A DNA stretch of 64,000 bases from Bacteroidales bacterium. Its GTDB lineage: Bacteria > Bacteroidota > Bacteroidia > Bacteroidales > UBA932. Position 1 is the stretch's first letter. Every line of letters starts with the position of its first letter. The notes under the pieces are model-generated. The model did no database searches and was not told the DNA's origin. It worked only from the letters and a program-made list of their open reading frames with translations. The position numbers were made by a program, and so were the translations under genes. This document shows, piece after piece, positions 57,782 to 64,000 of this stretch. The stretch is taken from NCBI GenBank assembly GCA_017561865.1, contig JAFZBH010000005.1, forward strand, positions 28,302-92,301, written 5' to 3'.

Positions 57782-60016
57782 TTATTGTTCAGGGTTGATG
57801 ACGAACTCGGGATTGCCTTCGGCGTCCAGCCGGACCTCGATCCGGTCGCCGGGCTTGACCTTGCCGGCGATCAGCATCTTCGAGATCGGGTGCCGCAGCT
57901 CCTTGCGTATGATGCCGAGCACCGGACGGGCGCCGTACTGCTGGTTGTAGCCGCGCAGCGCGATGGTCTGCCGGGCCTCGGGCGTCAGGGTCAGGGTAAT
58001 GCTCTGCTCGGCGAGCAGCTTGTGCAGACCCTTCATATGGATGTCGAAGATCGCGGTGACGCTCTGGTCGGTGATCGGCGAGAAGGGCACGATCTCCGTC
58101 AGACGGGCCAGGAACTCAGGGCGGAAGTAGCCCTGCATGATGTCCATCAGCTCGTTGTTCTGCGGGACGACACCGCTGTTGAACTTGTCCACGATGGCCT
58201 TGGCGCCGATGTTCGAAGTGAAGAGGATGAGCGCGTTGGAGAAATCGCCCACGCGGCCCAGACGGTCGTGCAACTTGCCTTCGTCGAGAATCTGCAGGAA
58301 GAGGTCGAAGACCGACTTATGCGCCTTCTCGATCTCGTCGAAGAGCACCACGCTATAGGGCTTCTGGCGGATCTTGTTCACCAGTAGACCGCCCTCCTCA
58401 TAGCCGACGTATCCCGGAGGCGCGCCGTAGAGAAGCGCCACGGAATGCTCCTCCTTGAACTCCGACATATCGAAACGCAGGAGCGAACTTTCGTCGCCGA
58501 AGAGGAACTCCGCCAATGCCTTTGAGAGCTCCGTCTTGCCGGTACCGGTGGGACCGAGGAAGAAGAACGAACCCATCGGCTGGCCCTTCTTGTTCAGGCC
58601 GGAACGGGCCTCGAAGACGGCGTCCAGCACCTTCTTTACGGCGTGGTCCTGGCCCACGACGCGCTTCTTGAGGATCTCCTCGCCGCCCAGCAGGCGCTCG
58701 CGCTCGCCGCTTTGGACCTTGCCCAGGGGAATGCCCGTCTGGGCGGCCACGACGGCGCTCAGGTCCGCAGGGCTCAGCTCGGTATGGAAACGCTCCTTGT
58801 CGCCCAGGTCGTTCTCGACCTTGACGTGCGACATCGTGCGGTCGATCAGGTCGATGGCCGAGGCCGGCAGCGACTTCTCCGTCAGGTAGCGCTTCGCCAG
58901 ACGGATGGCTTCCTTCATCTCCGGCTCGCCGAGGGTCAGACCATGATACTCTTCATAAGCGGGCATGATGCCCTTGAGGATCTCCAGGGTCTGGTCCACG
59001 CCGGGCTCATCGATGGAGATGCGCTCCAGGTTCGAAACCATCTCCTTGTCGGTCTCGATATTCTTCGTGAAGCCGTCGATGCTCGAGGTGGCCAGGAGCT
59101 GCAGGCGGCCTTTGCTGAGTTCATTTTTCAGGATGGTGGACGTGCCGTAGAGGGCGCCCTGCTTGTCGAACAGTTTGTCCACGCTCTCGATGATCAGCAC
59201 CGCATTCGGCAGGGCCTCCACCTCATCGATCACGCCCTTGAAGCGGTCTTCGACCTCGCCCTTGTACTGGGCGTCGCTCCCCAGGGAGGCGGTGTCAAGT
59301 TCATAGGCCACGGCCCCGCTGAGGAAGCCGGGCACCTTGTCGGCGGCCAGCTCCCGCATAAAACCGTTGACCAGCGAGGTCTTTCCCACGCCGGACTCGC
59401 CCGTAATCAGGAGGTTGGCCTTCATCTTGCGGCCGAGGATCTCGTAGATGACCCCCATCTCCTTTTCGAAGCCGATGACGTTGTCCAGGTTGCCGGCACG
59501 GGCCACCGCCGTCTTGTCGGTGCAGTATTTGGCCAGGTTGCCCTTGCCGGAAGCGGGCGTATTTTTCTTCAATTCCGCTCCGCCCATATAAGGCGCTTCT
59601 ACATTGGCTCCGCCGCCCATCTTCGCGCTGATGTCGGAAGGGGTCAGGGGAAGGGTCTTGAGCTGGTCGAAGGAGAAGCCCACGCCCGGGGTCACCAGGG
59701 CGGTGAGCACGCACACGTCCGTACACTCGTCGAGGCCGAACTTGACCATGTAGTTCTCCGCTTCGTCCAGCACGGCCTGCGACTCCGGACTCCAGTCCAG
59801 ATCACGAAGCGGGCGGACGGCGCGGGGGGCGAGCTGCATCTGGACGTCAGCCCAGTCCTGCAGGTAGTAATAATCCTTGTCCAGTTCAGTCTCCAGGAAA
59901 TGGACAAGCCCGATTTCCTTGTGAAGGACGGCCTTGAAGAGATGCGCCGGATAGATGGCGTCACTGCAATACTCCTCCGCGAAGGAATTGGCGATGGGTT
60001 TTAATTTAGCGTTCAT
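57782..60016 (-). CDS. tssH: ClpV/TssH AAA+ sheath-disassembly ATPase
   Basis: Clp N-domain, GESGVGKT, GQDHAV, GPTGTGKT, DMSEF.E.H, VLFDEIEKAH, RPEFL.R, GARP. Confidence 0.9.
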   Translation of the reverse strand: MNAKLKPIANSFAEEYCSDAIYPAHLFKAVLHKEIGLVHFLETELDKDYYYLQDWADVQMQLAPRAVRPLRDLDWSPESQAVLDEAENYMVKFGLDECTDVCVLTALVTPGVGFSFDQLKTLPLTPSDISAKMGGGANVEAPYMGGAELKKNTPASGKGNLAKYCTDKTAVARAGNLDNVIGFEKEMGVIYEILGRKMKANLLITGESGVGKTSLVNGFMRELAADKVPGFLSGAVAYELDTASLGSDAQYKGEVEDRFKGVIDEVEALPNAVLIIESVDKLFDKQGALYGTSTILKNELSKGRLQLLATSSIDGFTKNIETDKEMVSNLERISIDEPGVDQTLEILKGIMPAYEEYHGLTLGEPEMKEAIRLAKRYLTEKSLPASAIDLIDRTMSHVKVENDLGDKERFHTELSPADLSAVVAAQTGIPLGKVQSGERERLLGGEEILKKRVVGQDHAVKKVLDAVFEARSGLNKKGQPMGSFFFLGPTGTGKTELSKALAEFLFGDESSLLRFDMSEFKEEHSVALLYGAPPGYVGYEEGGLLVNKIRQKPYSVVLFDEIEKAHKSVFDLFLQILDEGKLHDRLGRVGDFSNALILFTSNIGAKAIVDKFNSGVVPQNNELMDIMQGYFRPEFLARLTEIVPFSPITDQSVTAIFDIHMKGLHKLLAEQSITLTLTPEARQTIALRGYNQQYGARPVLGIIRKELRHPISKMLIAGKVKPGDRIEVRLDAEGNPEFVINPEQ

Positions 60017-60060
60017 ATTTTATCGGTTAGGAGCGTCGGGCTGTTTTCCGCCCATATTCC

Positions 60061-60084
60061 TTCAAATTTATATAAAAATTTGAA
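60061..60084 (-). promoter_or_regulatory. Candidate -7 box (TAAATTTG) of the T6SS locus, inside an inverted repeat TTCAAATTT-N6-AAATTTGAA
   Basis: caaattta at 60063-60070, 46 nt upstream of the tssH ATG; 9-bp IR arms at 60061-60069 and 60076-60084. Confidence 0.55.
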
Positions 60085-60144
60085 AAGAATGCGTCACTTT
60101 CCGAAAAAATATGCTTTCAAAAAAGTATTTGCAGCAGGAAATAA

Positions 60145-63100
60145 TCAGAACAGGTCCAGTTCGGCCATTCCGGCGGCATTTCCGCCTGCGGCGATGGCCG
60201 TGGAGCGGATCTGGACGTAGCGGGTCCGCAGGGGCTTTTCGAACGTGTGGGTCCGGCGGGTCGGGTCGTTGACGAGGTTGCCGAAGGCGAAGACTTCGGC
60301 GTCTTTCCAGCTGCGGCCGTCCGCGCTGATGCGGAAGATCCCCTGCTCGATCATACTCTCTTTCGTGAAGGAATGCGGCGTATAGGCGAAGCCGTGCAGT
60401 TCGCGGACCTCCCCGAGATCGATGCTGATGTATTGCTGCACCCCGTCGCGGGACTGCCAGCAGCTGTCGAGGCGGCCGTCGATGGCCTGAGAGGCAAACT
60501 GTCCGGGATACTCGCTGCTGCAGTCGATGACCTTCCAGTCCCGTTTGGCCCAGCCGAAATGCCGGACCAGTTCCGGGCCCCGCTCGCCATTCAGCTCGGC
60601 CACGGCACGCAGTTCGCCGTTCTCCAGGTGGAACGGCCCCTCATAGGGTTTCAGCTCCCCGTCCGGCTCCGTCGAGTAGAGGATGGTGCAGCCGGCGTAA
60701 AGATCCGTAGCGTCGTTGTTGCGGAAACTCCACCAGTGCATGGACTGGAAGACGGGTTTCAGGGTCACGGTCCCGTCCGGGGCCTGCACCGCCTCGACGG
60801 CAGGCGGACGCGTCCGGTAGCGGTAGGCCTCCACCCCGCAGAGAAGCGGCTCGTCCCGCGTGGCGGTGATGCGGATGCGCAGGGCGTCGGTCGTGACGTC
60901 GGCGAAGCGCAGGATGCGCCGGAAGCCGATGTTGGTGCCCGTCGCAATCTCCTGCCACTCCCCTCCAATCAGCGCGTCCACGGCGAGAGCCTCCACCCGC
61001 TCGCCGACGGTACGGACCGGTTCGCGCAGCAAGACGCGGTTCAGGGTGACGGGCTTCCTCAGGCGGATCACGAGGCCGTCGGCAGGGACGTACGTGCCGT
61101 CTTTGCCGTCAAGGACCTGCTTCGGGCCCCTGGCGCGGGCAAGCAGGTTGCAGCCATCGCCATAGGTTTCGCGGATGCGGGCGCCCACCTCCTGCAGCAC
61201 GGCTGCATCGCGCTCGGAAAAGCGTCCTTCGCGGTTCGGCGGGATGTTCAGCAGGAAGATGGAATTGCCGCCCACCGCACGTTCGTAGATGTCGAACACG
61301 TCGTCGGCCGTGCGGACTTCCTGCGTGTCGTCGTCGCTGAAGAACCAGCCGGCGCGGATGGACGTGTTGGTCTCACAAGGTTCGTAATGCAGCCAGAAGG
61401 GTTTCTGCTGCTGAGCGTATACCCGCCGGGTACCCAGTTCCCCGTACATATCCTCGAACTCCGTCATCACGGCCGGGTCTTCCTGGAAGGTGACGACGTT
61501 GAACTCGGCGTCGCGCGTGGAGCCGCCTTCGTTGCCGCACCAGCGGATGTCTTCGCGGCCGAAGACGGTCGCGTCGGGAGCCAGCGTGCGGATGAGCTCG
61601 CGCCAGGCGGTGTAGTCGTAGGTCTGGCCGCCCTTGCGCTTGGGATGGGCGCCGTCGAACCATACCTCAGAGATGGGACCGTATTCTGTCAGCAGCTCAA
61701 ACAGCTGATTGAGAAAGTATTCGTTATAGTCATCTACCGTGAAGGTGAAGGTTCTCTTATCATCAAACGGACGGCCTTCCACCGGGCGCGGGATGGTGCG
61801 TGGCGTCTTGGCGCTGAGGTTGCCGTACAGGCCGTCCGGGGACTCGATCTGATATAGGTCTGCCGGGGACAGGTAGATGCCCAGTTTAAGGCCGTATTTG
61901 CGGCAGGATTCGGCCAGTTCGCGCAGAACGTCCCCCTGGCCGTCCTGATAACCCGTGGACATGATGCCGTGCGTGGTGTAGCGCGTCTGCCACAGGCAGA
62001 AGCCGTCGTGGTGCTTGACCGTGAGGATGGCCATCTTCATCCCGGCGTCCTTCATCTGCCGGCACCAGTCGTCGGTGTGGAGTTCCTTCAGGTCGAATAC
62101 CGCGGGGTCCTCAAACCCCGTACCCCATTCGCGCCGGGTGAAGGTATTGGGACCGAAATGCAGGAAGGCGATGAAGCCGTTCTCCAGCGCTTCGGCCTGG
62201 CGCGGGGAAGGCACGAGGTTCGCAGCCTTGCGGACGATCTCGTCCTGCGTGTCGCCTGGGTCCACGCGCACCGTTTCCACATAGGTGGTCTGTCCCGGCC
62301 GGGACGGTTTCACGGCGTCCGAAGGCGTCAGGCCGGGCAGGAGCTGGAGCTTCGGCTGCTCGCCGCGGGTGTCGGCGACCTTGCAGCGCACGCTGATGCG
62401 CCTGCTTTCGCCCGGGAGCAGCGAGATCCAGTTGTCCTCATAGAAAACGGGCAGGATCTGCTCGCCGCTGCGCGCGCCCACCAGGTTCAGGCGGAGCATC
62501 AGGGCCGGGGTCCTGGAATTGTTCTCCAGCGTGGCGGTGCCCAGCCAACTGTCGCCCTCGCGGGTCCATTCGGAACGGAAGTCCACCTTGGCCTCGGGCA
62601 ACTGCCTCAAGGCCTGCAGGTTGCCGGGATCGGTGGGATTGAGGACGTAGAAGTTGTCGGCGAGGGTCCGGTCGGACTGCGTCAACAGGAGGCGGAGAAG
62701 CAGGAGATTGCTCGACTCGCAGCGCTCGCTCGAAATGACAGAAGAAGCGCCCGGAATGACAGGAATCGTCGAGTCTTCGGGGGCATCCAACCGGGCGCTC
62801 TGCTCCGAGAGGACGGAGCCGTCAAGGGCGGCCCAGACGGCCGTAGCCGTGAGTCCAGACAGGTCGCCGGCGTTGTTGTTGACGACCTCAACCTGCTCCG
62901 AGGCAGGATTCCACTGGATGCGGATCGGGGCGGAACCCTTCTTCGCACCGAAATACGCCGCCGTCGGCGCGAAATAGTAATCATAGGTCTGCCAGACCAT
63001 CGAAGGCCAGCAGGAGTGGCTCATCCAGATGATCACGCCCTTGCGGGAAGCGCTGCGCGACTCGTACATCGCCCGGTATCCCTCGTAGTCGATCCACTGC

Positions 63101-64000
63101 GCCCACGTGGCGAACTGCTCCAGGCTCTGCGGCTGTCCGAAGGCCTTTTCCACCATCGCGTTGAAAGTCGCGGCGCTCTGGGCGCTCTCCAGGGCATAAT
63201 CGTGCATCCCCCAGACATTGTTCTGCGGCCAGCGGTGCTCCTCACGCAACATCCGCTCCAGGCTCTCGAGGGTCGGCACGTTCGGCATCCCCCGCTCGCT
63301 GTGCAGGGTCCGGGCGCCTTGCGGCAGCGAGAAATACTCCTCCACCGGCAGGGCGCGGTAAGGGCCGTAGCCGCTGACCGTGCCTTCGGCGGAATGCGGG
63401 ATGTAGTGAAGGCCCGGATGCAGGCGCTCCACCAGTGCGGAGAGGCCCGCGTCGAGCGAGGCGGGCGGATTGCCTTCGTTGCGCCCGCAGTACAGCGCCA
63501 GGCAGGGATGATGGCGGATCTTGCGCAGATAGTCTTCGGCGTTCGCCAGGAACATCGCTTCGTCGTCCGGCTCGGGCCCGTCGGCCGGATTGGCAAGCCA
63601 GAAGTCCTGCCACACCATCACGCCGTGGCGGTCGCAGGCCTCCCAGAATGCCTCGTGGCCGGTCTGTCCCACCCAGTTGCGTATCAGGGTGAAATGCATG
63701 TCGGCGTGGTACGCCACCGCGACGTCGAACTCGCGGGCGCGGTAGTTGAGATTCAGTTCCGGGAAGCCCCAGTTGCCCCCGTTGCCGATGAGGCGCCGCC
63801 CGTTGACATAGATGTCCAGCACGCCGTCTTCGACCGTATAAGACATCTCCCGTACGCCCGACCACTGATGCTTCTCGTCGCAGACTTTCCCGTCCACGCT
63901 GACGCTCGTCTGCACTTCGTACAGATGCGGTTCGCCATAGCCTGCCGGCCACCACAGTTCGGGCTTCTCCAGCCGGGCGGCAGGCAGGGCGACGTCGCGG
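60145..64000 (-). CDS. Multimodular glycoside hydrolase, 5'-truncated: GH2 (beta-mannosidase/exo-glucosaminidase-like) fused to GH29 alpha-L-fucosidase plus F5/8-type domains
   Basis: Frame is open to the window end (ELWWPAGYGEPHLY); GH2 IRNWVG, CDRHG, YCGRNEG, SERG; GH29 FLHFGPNTF, KHHDGFCLW, VWFDGA, SIRAGWF, LLNIPP. Confidence 0.88.
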   Translation of the reverse strand, partial: RDVALPAARLEKPELWWPAGYGEPHLYEVQTSVSVDGKVCDEKHQWSGVREMSYTVEDGVLDIYVNGRRLIGNGGNWGFPELNLNYRAREFDVAVAYHADMHFTLIRNWVGQTGHEAFWEACDRHGVMVWQDFWLANPADGPEPDDEAMFLANAEDYLRKIRHHPCLALYCGRNEGNPPASLDAGLSALVERLHPGLHYIPHSAEGTVSGYGPYRALPVEEYFSLPQGARTLHSERGMPNVPTLESLERMLREEHRWPQNNVWGMHDYALESAQSAATFNAMVEKAFGQPQSLEQFATWAQWIDYEGYRAMYESRSASRKGVIIWMSHSCWPSMVWQTYDYYFAPTAAYFGAKKGSAPIRIQWNPASEQVEVVNNNAGDLSGLTATAVWAALDGSVLSEQSARLDAPEDSTIPVIPGASSVISSERCESSNLLLLRLLLTQSDRTLADNFYVLNPTDPGNLQALRQLPEAKVDFRSEWTREGDSWLGTATLENNSRTPALMLRLNLVGARSGEQILPVFYEDNWISLLPGESRRISVRCKVADTRGEQPKLQLLPGLTPSDAVKPSRPGQTTYVETVRVDPGDTQDEIVRKAANLVPSPRQAEALENGFIAFLHFGPNTFTRREWGTGFEDPAVFDLKELHTDDWCRQMKDAGMKMAILTVKHHDGFCLWQTRYTTHGIMSTGYQDGQGDVLRELAESCRKYGLKLGIYLSPADLYQIESPDGLYGNLSAKTPRTIPRPVEGRPFDDKRTFTFTVDDYNEYFLNQLFELLTEYGPISEVWFDGAHPKRKGGQTYDYTAWRELIRTLAPDATVFGREDIRWCGNEGGSTRDAEFNVVTFQEDPAVMTEFEDMYGELGTRRVYAQQQKPFWLHYEPCETNTSIRAGWFFSDDDTQEVRTADDVFDIYERAVGGNSIFLLNIPPNREGRFSERDAAVLQEVGARIRETYGDGCNLLARARGPKQVLDGKDGTYVPADGLVIRLRKPVTLNRVLLREPVRTVGERVEALAVDALIGGEWQEIATGTNIGFRRILRFADVTTDALRIRITATRDEPLLCGVEAYRYRTRPPAVEAVQAPDGTVTLKPVFQSMHWWSFRNNDATDLYAGCTILYSTEPDGELKPYEGPFHLENGELRAVAELNGERGPELVRHFGWAKRDWKVIDCSSEYPGQFASQAIDGRLDSCWQSRDGVQQYISIDLGEVRELHGFAYTPHSFTKESMIEQGIFRISADGRSWKDAEVFAFGNLVNDPTRRTHTFEKPLRTRYVQIRSTAIAAGGNAAGMAELDLF
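62705..62761 (-). repeat. REP-like GTCATT-type element translated in frame (VIPGASSVISSERCESSNL) in the GH gene
   Basis: Minus strand TGTCATTCCGGGCG...TGTCATTTCGAGCGAGCGCTGCGAGTCGAGCAATCT; local loss of GC3 bias. Confidence 0.55.

Noticed and set aside
40671-60016. Prophage tail, tailocin or Afp-type eCIS
   Set aside because: The split TssB/TssC sheath, ClpV-type ATPase and TssK indicate T6SS; no capsid, tape-measure, tail-fibre or lysis genes

Overview
High-GC (roughly 60%, by eye) chromosomal window from a Bacteroidota organism, very likely Bacteroidales. The evidence is TAnnTTTG -7 promoters, DUF4252/DUF6249 ECF modules and T6SS-iii-type genes. Positions 1-20 kb hold a 5'-nucleotidase, PPi-PFK, an OM barrel, TlpA, three ECF sigma/anti-sigma modules, BlaI/BlaR-TonB, a BASS transporter, a RAYT-like Y1 HUH transposase flanked by REP-like doublets, and a LytS/LytTR pair. 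Positions 20-26 kb hold an RCK/RyR membrane protein, a PEGA protein and a TIR-TM protein. Positions 26-35 kb are a housekeeping operon (ligA, yihY, rel, Ig-like lipoprotein, OMP, ispG). Positions 35.3-60.0 kb are one minus-strand 22-gene locus encoding an atypical Bacteroidota type VI secretion-like machine (TssH, B, C, four TssD, VgrG, PAAR, TssG, K, E, F). I recognise no TssN/O/P/Q/R membrane complex in it. Interleaved among the baseplate genes is an apparently complete ubiquitin-like cascade: E1 with a C-terminal ubiquitin-fold domain, a UBC-fold E2 (HPN...C), a Ubl ending in Gly, and a membrane lipoprotein with vWA, RING-H2-like and FHA domains (candidate E3). A divergent ribosome-recycling-factor paralog is also in the locus. 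This T6SS-ubiquitin locus is the main candidate for an undescribed system. The window ends in a truncated GH2-GH29 fusion. All domain calls come from motif reading by eye; no database searches were run.
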